A stretch of DNA of 64,000 nt from Lama guanicoe (GCA_013239625.1 MU055657.1:12197689-12261688), one strand, 5' to 3'; counted from the stretch's first letter, positions 14,173 through 27,102 are shown. Notes: generated from the letters alone by a model not told the origin. Numbers and translations: made by a program.

Positions 14173-15032
14173 AGCATGACTTCATTCAGTCCTGACAACA
14201 CCCCAACAATCCTATTGGAAGGGTTATTATGGATGGAGAAATGGAATCAGTTTAGTTCATTGTCACACAGCTGGCAATTCAGGCAGCCTGACTCCAGAGC
14301 CCACATGCTTGCTAGCCTGCTGCAGAAGCCAGAGGGGTACAGAGAGTCTAGATCACAAGGATAACAGGGAACCACTGGGGTGGTAGTGTTGTGGTGGGGG
14401 AGTAACATCCCAAATATGTCCATAATTGCCCATCTGCTGTTCCTGGGTGAGCAAATCATGCCAGCTTAGAGGCTGCCTTGGCACTTTGTTGCAGGGTTTA
14501 GGCTGACAGCGGATGTGTGCTTTGCTGGCGTCCAACTGGCCTGTGCTGACAATATTTAAGTCAGATTAGTTAAGAGCTTCAAATCAACTTTACCTTGAGG
14601 TCTGTGGAATTGAAAACCTTTCTTCCTGTTTCCATAGCAACCTGATAGTTGACATAATTCCTAAAGAAGCTTATATGTTGATGCCCAAGAACCATTTATT
14701 ATGCTCATGTGCTGTGGACCCCAAATGTCATAACTTGGGTGATGTGGTCTAGTAAAATATTAAGCTGTTTATAGAACACATTCTGTTTCAAACGATAGAG
14801 GACAGAGTTTTGAAAAATCTCATTAAATGAACCTTTAAAGTACCTGTAATTTAAGTATTTGACTTCTTTGAAGTTTAGTGCAGCAGAGATCCTGGCCTTT
14901 CAGGTAGCTCATGCATGGGGATTGTAACACACATTAAATGTTTCCTTCCAGACAATAAATGCATTTGGTGAATAGATGCTAAAATTTACCATGTTTCCAT
15001 GGTGAAATGAACTGCTGCTTTCTGTTTCAAAG

Positions 15033-15113
15033 GGAACCAACTGTTCACCCTCCAATACCTCCCAAACCCAGTTCTCTTGTTTCATCTCCTAACCAGCTGA
15101 GGCAGGATAACAG
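15033..15113 (+). CDS. SCEL: SCEL Pro-rich exon, EPTVHPPIPPKPSSLVSSPNQLRQDN (81 nt, phase 2-2)
   Basis: caaag|G...AACAG|gtaaga; matches recalled human EPGVHPPIPPKPSSPVSSPNQLRQDN. Confidence 0.95.
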
Positions 15114-17188
15114 GTAAGACTTAGCACTCCAGAATGTATTGCAAAATGAAGAAGTTCAAGGGAATGAAAGCAAATGACTTGTGACTTGTTTTGTGCAAAG
15201 CGTGGGTATGTTTTGTGTGCACACTCACCGAAGAAGCACTTGGAAAGCTTTTCTAATTCTGTTTGCCCACACAAATGTGTATTGATGTTGGCCTTTGGAT
15301 GCACATGGCCATGAATTGTCTTATAGAAATACACCTTCAAGATAGAAACTGAGCAATAGCCATGTCTGGGAAGTGTTCCATGTCGGGCTTCCTCCAATTT
15401 ATGTGTTAAGAACCAATGTATAAGGAACCCCCCCCATATATAAATATACATGTATACATATGTGTACTTGACATATATGTAATATAAATAGAAACTATGT
15501 ATGTGTTTATGGTTTATATTTACTCCTAGTTAAGATTCCTATGAAGAGCTACATTTTCTGTTAAAAGATATTCTTGAAACTTAGTGTTACCGCTCAGCCC
15601 CTCCCTTATGTTAGAAATACCTTTGGGTAGTTCTTTAGTCTTGTCTTAATAGAGGCACTTGTAATGTATTTCAAACCTATCACAAAATTTGACAAATGTT
15701 CTAATTCACTTGTCTCTGAATCAAGAAAAGAGACAGCCTTGCATTTCCACTTGGAATTTCCAATACTCTACGATTAATACTTGGAAACAAAATCAGAGAT
15801 CTGAAAATCTTCCTTGTGTTCCTGTCAAACTGTTTAATAATCTCGAACTGTCTTTCAAGAGGTACACGGCACATTTCCCTTGTTATTGAAGGATGTAAAG
15901 AATGGTATCTCAATGAAGGCTGAAAACATGAGGTCCGCTTGATGGCCTGCCTTTGATTCTTTTGTATTTTTACTTTTTGGTGGTGACTTTTTTTTGACCA
16001 CATGTAAGACAATTCCAGAGCTATTCTTCATTAAGAGGGTAACTTCAGCTTGAAAATGCTGATTGGGTGGCAGGGCTGTGAAGCTCTGGGCGTTCAACCT
16101 AATGAGTTAAAAAGCCAGGTCTGAATTTCTGCTGAGTGAAACTTTACAGTATCTTTGAAATTTTGTCCTTACGAGAAGAGGCTAACTTTTTTTTTTTAAT
16201 GTTAAGAGAATACGTCTTCATTGAATTAATTAAAAATATAAGCCAGATTTATGACTTTTTATTTGTGCAGTGGCTATAATTACTACTCTTAAAAATAACT
16301 TCTCAGGCCTTTCTATCTTACATTATTTCTCCTTTTACTTTTATAGTGTTAAGCAATTAAATCTTAATTTGAATAGAATTTTGTTAGGGGGCTAAAAAAA
16401 TTGGTGTTAGTACCACCTAAATTCTAATCTAAAACTAGCAACTATACAGCAGTGAGCTCTTATAGATTCAAAAGAAGCTAAATTTCATGGGAATTGGTTT
16501 AATCCATTTTTACTACTCCAATTTCTTTCTTTCACGAATTATCTTAAATATAAAATGAGGACAACTTGCATGTTTTAAACCCTGATTAGTTTAATCACAG
16601 CAAGATGATTTTAATGAAAGAATATGAAAGGGAAGTGTTTTCTATGTAATTAACATATGTCCTCAGGAGTACAAAAAATAGTTGAATATAATTTCTTGAG
16701 AACAAGCAAGAATGTATAAGTAGGTCAACCAGATATTTAGAAAAAGATCAGAGAAAAGCCTTATATCACAACTGATAACAGAACCTAACCTTGTACAATT
16801 TAATTCTATCAACACAATGTGGTTGTTCTCAGTGTGGAGGGTGTGCTGGAAATATGAAAATGTTTCCTGTCTTATCTGAGCAAGTATATTTCTTGATAGG
16901 GTTCAAATGAGATACGTCTTTAAGAAAAAAACATCCTTCTGATGCCTAACAAAAAATGTTCTTAATATTTAAAAACATTGTGTTTATCTAATAGAGATAA
17001 ATGCTTTACTGATGACTGGTAGCTAAAATAAAATGAAGATAAACGTAGTTTGAAGTCTTTTATCTCAAGTAGTGCTATTGTTCTAAAACACTGATTTTTT
17101 TAATGTAAATGTTTTCTTATAAATTTAAATTTAACAGAGGAATATTTTCTTACCTAACAGACATTATCTTTTAACTTTAAAAATATAG

Positions 17189-17254
17189 GCAGATATGTCC
17201 ACCTAAACCACGCGTACATACACAAACCAACAGATCTACCGAAAGAAGTATGAG
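17189..17254 (+). CDS. SCEL: SCEL exon, QICPPKPRVHTQTNRSTERSM (66 nt)
   Basis: tatag|G...TGAG|gtacga; similar to recalled human QIHPPKPGVYTETNRSAERNI. Confidence 0.92.
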
Positions 17255-17873
17255 GTACGATGATCTATATCTATGTAATTATAGAAAAGATAAAGTATAC
17301 TTTATTGGAACACTTAAAGATACATAAGATTAATAATAAAATGGACAAAATCAGTTTTCCAATTGACTTCAGTATAGTGGGTAATAAATATTTTTATGTG
17401 TATCTACAGAATTTTATTCCTTTTATTTCTGTTCCAAGCATTACATTAAGAACAACCAAAATTGTCTGAACATGATGACAGAATAAGATCAAACCCCTTA
17501 AGACAGGAAAACGTCTCTTTATTCCCAGCACTTATTCCAAGAGCTGTGATGTAGTTGGTGTTGATGTATAAATGAATAGGTGGAAATATAGTCACTTGAT
17601 TGAACTTCTTCAAAAGCTTTACCCAGAATTGGCTGAGTGATAAGGTCAAATTCAGCTCCGCCTGCACCATCAGAAAAAAGCCTACAAATTTTATTGATGT
17701 TTTTGAGTAAATTTCCCCATGACAGTCCTCATTTATGCTGTTGTCTTCTGTATCCCATCTCATTTAAGTATTTGCTTGGGATTCATTTATTTATTAGGAA
17801 AAAATACTGTTTTTGAAATTTGCTTTTGAACAGTATTATTTCATAGATCTGTCAATATGATAAACCAATTTTT

Positions 17874-17923
17874 TAAAAATTATAATTAAAAAGGTAACCT
17901 TAAATTTACCATCTTAACCATTG
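17874..17923 (-). mobile_element. Extremely 5'-truncated L1 3' end (~50 bp)
   Basis: aaatttaccatcttaaccatt motif flanked by the perfect 16-bp direct repeat tgataaaccaattttt (17858-17873, 17924-17939). Confidence 0.65.
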
Positions 17924-18714
17924 TGATAAACCAATTTTTGACTGAAAACATTTTCCAAGTGCAAAACTTACACACTTTTCCTTTTTTATGATCTCCCTTG
18001 ACTATCTGAAGAGTCCCAGTTTTAAACGTATATCACACAGACACCTTACCTTTGGGGAGGGGAGAGCCATCTTTCTTTTGTACCTAGTAACAAAGTGCAG
18101 GTCTATCACAGCATTTCCCAAACTGTGTCCCAGGTGCCACAAGATGTCAATGCATGTTCTGCGAAAGAGCACACTTAGGAGAAACAGACTTCTCTACCAC
18201 CAGCACCTTCAGTGCACTTATATGCATTCCAAATCTCTAAAAGTCAGTTATGTTTCCCCAATGTACTTGACTACAACATTATTTTTTTCATGGAACTCTA
18301 TTAACCTCCTATAAGATATTGCTCATGAACCACAGGTCTTAACTACAGGTAAACCTCTAAGGACCTCCAGAATTATTTCTTTTCATTATCTAGGGAGGCC
18401 AGTATGGATTCAAGCCCATTATTGTGTCTACGGTTTTAAATGTACTTTCTTTTTTGGAAACCTAAGAAGACAGATACTTTCACCTCATATAAGGGACTAA
18501 TTAATCATCTGTATATGTTGCTTGATGTTCCCTGGTTGGTAGAAAAAATTCTGAATATACTCTGTGTTTACTTGTGCAGTTAATGGAATTTTCTTTTCCA
18601 TATCCTTTTTTAAGTATGTAAGTTGAGAGCAGCTGATACAAGTCTTTGGGAGACACTGTAGTTATTTCAGTGAGCACTAGATGGCAGAGCCAATGCCCAA
18701 GTGGAGTGACTGGC

Positions 18715-18753
18715 ATGTGCGTGTGTGCGTGTGCGTGTGTGTGTGTGTGTGTG
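18715..18753. repeat. Compound (GT/GC)n dinucleotide microsatellite
   Basis: atgtgcgtgtgtgcgtgtgcgtgtgtgtgtgtgtgtgt. Confidence 0.93.
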
Positions 18754-18923
18754 TTTGTTTGCATGTTGATATGATAGAACTATTTTGTTATTCAGTTAAA
18801 CTCATAATTTCTGAACAACACATGGACGATTACTTTCTTCACTGAGAACAGGTAAGAAATTTTAGCTACTTCAAAGATAGCTCTACTGTCATTGACTTTG
18901 TGTTTATTTTTCATTGTATGAAG

Positions 18924-18983
18924 GAGTCAGGATCTTGAGAACATCGTCACAGTGGCCACTTCACTTCAGAAAGCTGACAAGGG
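18924..18983 (+). CDS. SCEL: SCEL repeat exon, SQDLENIVTVATSLQKADK (60 nt)
   Basis: gaag|G...AAGGG|gtgaga; open frame, phase 2-2. Confidence 0.92.
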
Positions 18984-20450
18984 GTGAGAGCTTGGAGCTT
19001 TTGAGCTTGAGTTTTGAGATTTTTGTTTCAAAAATGCTTAACCAGTACCTTTAAACGTACCAAAAGTGAACAAAATCCCAATGCTGTTGTATTATTTATA
19101 ATTTGAGAGAAGACAGACTCAGTCTCTCTAGCTTAGTGTCCCTGGAAAATGAGCAGCACTGCCATTTATGCACCTTCCTCTTCCTCTGCTTTCTCTTCTG
19201 GTGACTGATGCTCATCCCAGTCTCCTCAGCTGTCCATGGTTTTGATTTTGTTCTGAATCCCCAGTCCTGTATTTACATTGCTGGCTCAGATCTCTATTTA
19301 TCCATCTTCCCAGCACCCCCATTTAGAATGTCCTAGGCTGTTTCCAGCTTCCTTTCAACTTTTCAAATTCCCAAATGTGCTATTTCCTGACTTCTCTCTG
19401 TTCTTTAATTCAGACAAGCTCACCTTTCTGGAATCATTTTTTATTCTTCCACATCTTGTCCCCTCTATATAGTATCAAGCATGTATGGATTAAATATCTA
19501 AAATACCCCAGATGCCCACATGCCCACATGGCCTCACCCCAGTTCGTACTCTCATTGCTTCCATCACAGGTTATTAGAGTAGCCATCCAGATTGACTTAC
19601 ACTCCTTCAACTAAACCATTACTATCCATCACTACCAGATTGTTCTTTCTATATTTCTGCTTAAAAAAATCACTGCACTGGCTCCCCATTGCCCATTCAA
19701 TTACATATAACCTCATTCAAGGTTTTTGTTAACCTGGCTCCCACCTGACATTCCTTTGCTATTTCTGACTTTATCCTTATATTTCCCTACATGAAATACC
19801 AAATTAAACCACTTATTTTCTATAGTTTCCAGAGCCTCTGCCTTTGTTTATACTATTCCACCCACATGGTGGCCTTTTCCAGCCTCAAGGCTATCATATC
19901 AATCCACCCACATCCTACCCACTTTTCAAGTTCCAGATCAAATACCACCTTCTCTGTGAGGCCTTCCCTGAGTGACCCTGTGAGATGTGGCTTCTGCCTT
20001 TCTGAGCTATTAGAGCCCCATCATTCACAACTAATCACATTTGATACTGTTTCATGGTATTTATGTACATGTCTCATCTTCTCTGTTATCTCTTTAATCT
20101 CTCAGAGCAGATAGTTTGTCTTATTCGCCAGGATCGGACACAATGCTTTGTGCAAAGTAGAAGTGTCTATGAGTAGTGAGAAAACCCTGAGTATAAATAT
20201 CCTGTAGTTTCAGTCCCACGCCTACGAGAATTTCCCTTGCTCAGTGGAATTTCGCAGCGCTGAGAGTGTTATTAGGGACTGCAGTCTCAATCAAAAGGAC
20301 TGAAGAGAAGAAACAAGAAGTGACATTTAGCTCTTCTCTGCAAATTCAGGCACAAAATAAAGGCTCTAAATCCATGACAGAGATGGTAGAAATTATCCCG
20401 AATGTTTCATTTTCATTTCTTCTGTTGTCTAAGGGCCTAGATCTCTCATT

Positions 20451-20451
<1 letters not shown>

Positions 20452-20521
<70 letters not shown>

Positions 20522-20530
20522 CCTATCTAT
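20452..20530. repeat. (TATC)n tetranucleotide microsatellite, ~17 perfect units plus variants
   Basis: Read directly from the sequence. Confidence 0.97.
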
Positions 20531-21080
20531 TTATGTTTGAAAGAATGTTTTCTTTTTAATAGAGACTAGATAGTTTTTTGGTGGGTGATAAGGCTCTTTA
20601 AGGGAGAGGTAGGTGAGTGATGCTGAAGGACAGTTATGGTTTGGCATCCATCAAACAAAACCAGTGAGAGCTGCAGCTGGTTTAACTTTCCTGTCCCCTC
20701 TCCCTCACCGATGATGCACGAATTCCACAGCCACATCGATTCTTCATGGGGAGAAGTTGTTGCTTTGACAGGGGCCAGGGGATATGTCTGTTGCATCATT
20801 GATAGCTGAGTATTGTTACTGTGGGCTGTCTGTTGGGACTAAAAATAGCTTTATTTACCCAAGTCACTCTTTGTGATACTCCTTTGGGAAATGGACTATT
20901 ACTTCTATCTGACTAAAAGCATTTAATTTATTGTAAATGCAGTGGTGAAACTTAATATCCAAAGCTTTCATCAGTTTCAGGTCATTTGAAAAGCTCAGCT
21001 TCTTTGTTCAGAATGCAATTTCCATTTTACTTAATTTCCCACAGAGTGTCTTCTCCTGACTTGTGCTAATTTTTTTGTGG

Positions 21081-21130
21081 AACCCCAAATCCTGATAATC
21101 TTATCATTGTGGCTCATACCAGTCAGAAAG
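21081..21130 (+). pseudogene. Decayed SCEL repeat pseudo-exon (TPNPDNLIIVAHTSQK)
   Basis: Repeat-like codons in the usual register, but the acceptor reads ttttttgtGG (no AG) and the length is 50 nt to AAG|gtatgg. Confidence 0.6.
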
Positions 21131-21669
21131 GTATGGGGCTAAAATTTACAAGATTCTTGGGTTTGCTCTTTGTCTTGGGGACGTGGACATTTGCAGCCTC
21201 AGAGTTGGAAGGCAGAAATTCAAGCAAGAAGTAACAGTGCAGCACTGTGTCAAGGGGCTGGGTAGTGTTGGTCCCACACGAGGATAGAATGTTAATCAAT
21301 TTTTCATCAGAGTCAGCAAATTTTATGTTTCAATATTTATTCCCAGCCTTCAACCCTATCATTGACTACGCAGTGTTACTTTAAAGGATTCATCTCTGTG
21401 ATGGCTGTTGATTGAATGTGCTTTTAGGATCCTTAAGAGGACTGTCCCAGCAGCTATTCTGGTGATCTCTTGTGCCAGGCATCTTCCAAGCACATAAGTG
21501 ACTCAGAGACCTTACCGCTCTAAGGCTGAGCCAAAATCTTGGTGCCTCTAAATTCAGCTTAAAAATAAATGTAGCAAGCATTTATTAAATGCAAAAGTTA
21601 ATACTGACTGGGAACTGTTTATTATAATGGCCAAAATTAATTAAATGAAAGTTTGACTTGCCAGGTGTC

Positions 21670-21860
21670 AATGTTAATCACTTTATATTCATTAACTTAA
21701 ACTGGTTCTCTTCTGAAGTGTATACAATGAGTATTCTTATTTTACAGATGAAAAAAACTGGCAGCAAGAGGTTAGGTAACTCACCCAGAGTCACCAACTT
21801 AATAAGCAGTGAATCCTGGATTGGAATCCAGGTGTCCTCGACTTGGGAACTTGAGTGTCT
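21670..21860 (-). mobile_element. MIR SINE (one of many in the window)
   Basis: Core ttttacagatgaaaaaaactggcagcaagaggttaggtaactcacccagagtcac. Confidence 0.7.
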
Positions 21861-22841
21861 AACTCCTGAGTACCTTGGCCTCGTGTCCTCTGGTCAACAC
21901 CAGTGATGACTCATGAAGAAAGGGGAACATTGAGAAAGTGTGGAAATGTGTGATTCTAGAGGACGGATCAGGGAGAAGTGAGACTGAGAACTGGACAGCT
22001 GATGAGGAAGGCGAGAGAATTGGGGGCGATGGGGATGGAGAATTGAGGAGAGACGTGCTCTGAGGAGCCAACAGGAACAAGAAGCCCCTGTGGCTGCCTT
22101 CTCTGGGGAGCCAGTTGAGCTCATGGGGTTCTAATGAATATTCTGGAACCCAGGGGTTTAGCTTGAACAGGTGACTCCTGAGGAAGCAGCCAACAGTCTT
22201 CAGAGTTCCCAAATACGGAAACAGGAGAGGAAATTTAGCTGACCTGGAATGAAGGAGAGTAGGATTCAGGAAGGAAGCCAGATTTACAGGTAAATGACTG
22301 TTTTCCATTAACAGCTTTGTGCAAGTACATTCTACAAAGCTAGAATCTATAATTGGTCAATGTATGTATATTTGTTGATACAATTAAAACCGGTATTAAG
22401 CATCTACTCTGTGAAAAACACTGTATTAAATACTGAAAAGGATCCAATATAAAATACAGTTCTAAATTTTAAGTGGGGGTATGTGTGCGTTTGTGTGCAT
22501 AGTATGTGTAGGAGCAAGAACATTAATGTGAGACAAGTGTGTAATTACAACATTACAAAGTACAGGTATGTAAGTACCATAAAGGAGATACAAAAATCCA
22601 AAATGCTGCCAGGCTTCCAAAAAGGTAGAGGACTCTGTTCAGTTAAAGGACTGGGGAAGATTTCTTGGAGAAAAATGTGTTTGAGGAGGGCTTTGAAAGA
22701 TAGACAGGATTTTCACGGATGATAAGGTGGGATATATGTTGAGCTTCAGAGAACTCAGAAATAGTTATTTTAAGGTGAATCTGCCCCTTGAGCCTGGGCA
22801 GGCTTTTACTGATGTGAGATTATTTTTTCATTTCTCCAAAG

Positions 22842-22886
22842 TGAAGAATTGGATAATCTCATCAAAATGAACAAAAGCTTGAACAG
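22842..22886 (+). CDS. SCEL: SCEL short repeat exon, EELDNLIKMNKSLN (45 nt)
   Basis: ccaaag|T...AACAG|gtaaga; same peptide as recalled for human. Confidence 0.95.
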
Positions 22887-24033
22887 GTAAGATTTTAAAA
22901 CATTTATTTTTCACTTTATTACTGAATTTACTTTGTTACTTTTCAGTATGCAAGCATGAGGACCTACATACTGGGCTAAAGTGTTGTACAAATCTTGAAT
23001 AAAAAGCTTACAGAAATCAGCACCATTTCATCATTATTATGAATGGTTTACAATTGAAAGATAATAATATTAAAGTGTCTTTGATTTTTGTTCTCCATTG
23101 TTTAGTAAGGCAGTTATAAAAATAACCACGTTTCTGTTCCTGAAATACTAACATATTAGTAAGTAAACAGAGTCTGGTCACTAAATGCTTTTAGTTTAAC
23201 CACTACAAAAAACCCTCATTATCTTAGTTAACATTATCTCCTTATTTTAAGTCATTTATAATTGCATAATTTAAAAATCACGTTACTTGAAGTGTGTGTT
23301 AGAGGTTGTGCAGTTTTATTCTCTCTCTGTCACTTGGCTACTAACATATGAAAACAGGCAGGGACCAAAGAGAAGGAGGAACAAAGCAAATGTCAAATGC
23401 ACTCATGGATCTGAGGATCAAAAGATGTGATTTTCCCATACCCTGTTCTGACGATGATGATCTATATGATTGCCTGTCAACAACTCACTGCAATTTGCTG
23501 CCTTTCAGTTCTCTTATTGATAAAGAGAGGCAGTATTAAGACTCAGACTCTGCAGCCTGCTAAGGCCAGGCGGGTAGAAATAAGTGAAGGGAGCTGACTC
23601 TGGAACGTGAGGCAGTGCCCTGTCGGGGGTGCCCAGCTGTTTCTCAGCTCCAGCAGATGTTGCCACAGAGAATCTGAGCCCAGAGATGCAGGACAGTTTC
23701 AGGAGATCCTGAAATTCCAGGTGTTGTGGCCAGCTTTGTAAATATTGGCTCACATTAAAAACAAATCACTTCATGAATGCCAAAAGCACATCCATGGACC
23801 TTTTAGGCTTGTGGATCCCCAGTTTCTATCTTTTCTTTTCTCTAGGTCCACTGCAATTTAAATTTGAATCTGGGAAAAGCCTAGTTGGCATAAAATGATT
23901 TCAAAAATTGTGACTCGCCTTTCCTAACCAGCTTTCTGTTTCCTGTCTTAGATGTAAACTGATCTATGTTTTTGTAAGAGTTAAGTATCCTATATGACCA
24001 CTGACGAGGTTTTTTTATTCAATACATTTAAAG

Positions 24034-24093
24034 AAATCAAGGTCTTGATGGTCTCTTCAGAGGAAATCTTAAGGCAGAGCCAACAGAGAAAAG
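24034..24093 (+). CDS. SCEL: SCEL repeat exon, NQGLDGLFRGNLKAEPTEK (60 nt)
   Basis: ttaaag|A...AAAAG|gtaagt. Confidence 0.93.
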
Positions 24094-24393
24094 GTAAGTG
24101 CATCTGTCTCGAAACTGAAAATATTATCTCCCAGATTGCTTGTTTCATTCTTTCAGACATTAGCTGGGAGGGAGTTATATCCTCTGGCATAAAATGTACT
24201 AGCAGATGGGGCCATGCACTCAGTATTGTACATTTAGTTCAGACATAATTGCCCAGAAGGATTTCTGCTCTTCTATTCAGTAAGAGTAAATGAGCAATTC
24301 ATGACAAATTTTTACTGTATCTGACCTTTCAAGATACCAGACAATTTTATTTCAATATGCAATCTTTTATTTGAGTTTCTTTGTGTTTTATAG

Positions 24394-24453
24394 AGCCAAA
24401 AGCCTTGAAAATCTCATCTTTGGGAATCCCCAGACAGACAAAGATGGCAAAGG
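24394..24453 (+). CDS. SCEL: SCEL repeat exon, AKSLENLIFGNPQTDKDGK (60 nt)
   Basis: ttatag|A...AAAGG|gtaaga. Confidence 0.93.
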
Positions 24454-25119
24454 GTAAGATTTGACTGAGACTCTTACAGGCTTGTTTGATTGAGTCCTAA
24501 ACTGTATACCATTTCCTGGGGGAGACCTCCTGCTCAAGACAAAAGTCAGACAGGCTGGTGGAACAGGCCCTTGACCAGGGTCAGGGGGTGGGTGGATAGC
24601 TTGATGCTGGCTCTGCCACCAACATCAATCTGCAGAACCCTGGACAAGTTGCTCAACCCCTGGAGGACCTCTGTTTCCTCATTCCATAAAATGAAGGGTG
24701 CGCTCTAGATGATCTCCAAGTTCCCTTTTGTATCTAAAAGTGAAAGATGTCAAACTGGCTGTTACAAGTAGTGGGCAGTAGGTTGCTTTGAGAACTTAAT
24801 ATATTTACTATGAGACATTTTGATGCCGGGAGCATGGCTCCTCACCGCTGAAGTCTTCTTTTTCTAATAAGATACTAAGACCCTTTTCAATTGGAATCTT
24901 GATTGAGTCACTTCATATGTATATCTTGCCGATATATTTGTAAACATCTCAAGGTCAAGAGCCATGCTTTTATTTATTTTGTATCATAAAAAAGAGTGAG
25001 TTAATTAGCAATCAGTAACTGAATGGATAGCATTTGAAGAGGTTAACTTAGAGTTCTAGACTGATACTGATATACTGGAAAGTAAGCTACACTACTGATA
25101 TTATTTTTCATGTTGAAAG

Positions 25120-25179
25120 AAATCAAACTTTTGACAATTTAGTTAAAGAAAACTCCAGAACAATTAAGAATGACAGAGG
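25120..25179 (+). CDS. SCEL: Additional SCEL repeat exon, NQTFDNLVKENSRTIKNDR (60 nt); no counterpart in the recalled human protein
   Basis: ttatttttcatgttgaaag|A...AGAGG|gtaagg; exactly 60 nt, open, phase 2-2, repeat motif in register. Confidence 0.75.
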
Positions 25180-26457
25180 GTAAGGATTTATGAGTCTCTA
25201 CTGCTTTTTCTCCAGATTGGCCGTTTACCTTGTATTCAGTTAGTCATTAAATTTGCCTTCCTAACATAATTGTCTCTATTGTCCTGGTTATCTTTAAAAA
25301 CCATTGATCTGTGCCAATCTGTACACAGACGGGTATTCTAGCTTTCCAAGTCAATCTTGGCAGCATGCCTTCTTAACATTCTCGGATTTAAAACACTGAA
25401 CAAAGTCCGTTTAATGAAAAGCGTTGGCGATCACAATCTCCATTCAGACATTGAATGCGTATTGACAACATGTTACTATAATGTGAATGTGCAAGCATTA
25501 TTACAGGTGATTTTTTTTCAAATGGAGAACAGATGAAATGGGAAAGCAGTCAGTTCTCTGTAAGTGGTTATATGAGTTTTGTAGGAAAAGATGAGATTTC
25601 AAAATTTTAAGAAATGAAGTTGAGAAAGTTCCACAAAAGTGTTGGAAATTAGGAAAAGTGGGATGAGCGTCACAAGTAAATTTCTGTGTGGGCTCGGAAG
25701 GAGAAAAGAGAAGCGATGTGTAATCTGGGCTAATTTGACAGCAACTGGCATTTGATGCAGAAATGAGGGGTCCCATTGGTATAGTAGGGAGAGCCCACAG
25801 TCCCTGTCTCTTCTTCCCTCCCTCTCTCCCATCTTTCTTTCTTATATGGAAGGAACCTCAAATGTTAACAGCCTTATTGCAGTGAGAGACAGATGAAAAT
25901 GGCATTGAACTATTGGGGAATTTAGAGAGATTCTCTTTCATGTTCCCTAATTGCTTTAAGCTGTTGATGTGTGAAAGTTTTACTGGCTGTGGTCAACTCA
26001 TATAAAGTACTAAGGTCATCATAAAGTTATCTCTAACATGACTTGTCTAAATCTTCAAAGTGTTTAGATTTTAAATGTTGATCCTCTTATTTCTACTCCT
26101 GATGTGAATGATTTCCACGTTTAAAAAAGTCAGTATTTCAACACACGTGTTGAAATTAGTTTCTCACCAACCCACCCTCAAAGGACAAAGAAAGCAAGAT
26201 CTGAGGCCTGGAGGGAACTTTTACTTGTAAACTGATGTAATCACGGCTGAGTAATGGATGGGTCCTTACTATGAGGGTAGTTAGCACATCAGCATTTTAC
26301 ATGAGAAGAGCCGCTTGAATTAGACATTTTTAAAGGCTTCTGATGCTTTAGGTACTGCTTAGCCCTGTTATGAGAAATCTGCTGCTGTCAGAAGAAATTG
26401 AATTGTTGTCTTTCTTTCTCTCTCTCTGCCCTCCCGGCCCCCTCCAATGTTACAAAG

Positions 26458-26517
26458 AAACCAAGACCTTGGGAGTCTTATTAAAGTTAATCAGAGGACT
26501 GACAAAAATGGAAAAGT
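26458..26517 (+). CDS. SCEL: SCEL repeat exon, NQDLGSLIKVNQRTDKNGK (60 nt; weak donor)
   Basis: acaaag|A...AAAGT|gtccgt; matches recalled human IQSLGSPIKVNQRTDKNEK. Confidence 0.8.
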
Positions 26518-27042
26518 GTCCGTAAAGCTCCTAACGTGATGCGGCTCCCTTTTTCCATGGTAACGTTTCACACCTCGTTAGAAACGGGTGTGTTATGCTT
26601 TCCTCTGCCACAGATGAACTGTTGTGCTTTGGGGCCAATCAGAGATAGCAGGCAAAGGAATAGGGTGGATCCTGTTTCCACAGGACCACACGTTTGAGAT
26701 GCATTGAAGTAAGTGCAGGAACGCCTGTTGCATAATCTCCAGCATTATATTTTCTTAAATAATTAAAAAATGAGACAAAGTTCATATTTAAACTAAGAAA
26801 TATAAAGGACAAAATTGCAAAGTGAGAAATGTGTTGGTGAAGCTTTTCTGAACTGATTTAAACCAATTACTGCTGTGGAAATTAATCAAAATATGCTAAG
26901 GGATTATTACATCAAAGTTTTCAGATTATTTGGCCCTGGAAACATCTGATACCCTTTCAGGAACATTCTTATTTATACGGATTTCAGAGAAAATTGAGTG
27001 TATCCTAACTGACATAAGGTTTTCGTGTTTTTTTTTCCAAAG

Positions 27043-27102
27043 AAGCCAAGATCTCAAAATGATTATCAAAGCAAACGCCAGGGCAGATAAAACCATCAGA
27101 AG
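27043..27102 (+). pseudogene. SCEL: SCEL repeat exon SQDLKMIIKANARADKTIR with a non-canonical (GG) donor, probably skipped
   Basis: Acceptor ttttccaaag intact, 60 nt open, but followed by gggagagc instead of gtgagagc; read-through reaches TGA at 27116-27118. Confidence 0.7.

Noticed and set aside
19040-19075. aaccagtacctt...aaagtgaacaaa, faintly repeat-like
   Set aside because: No acceptor or donor, contains a stop and needs an indel; not distinguishable from chance.
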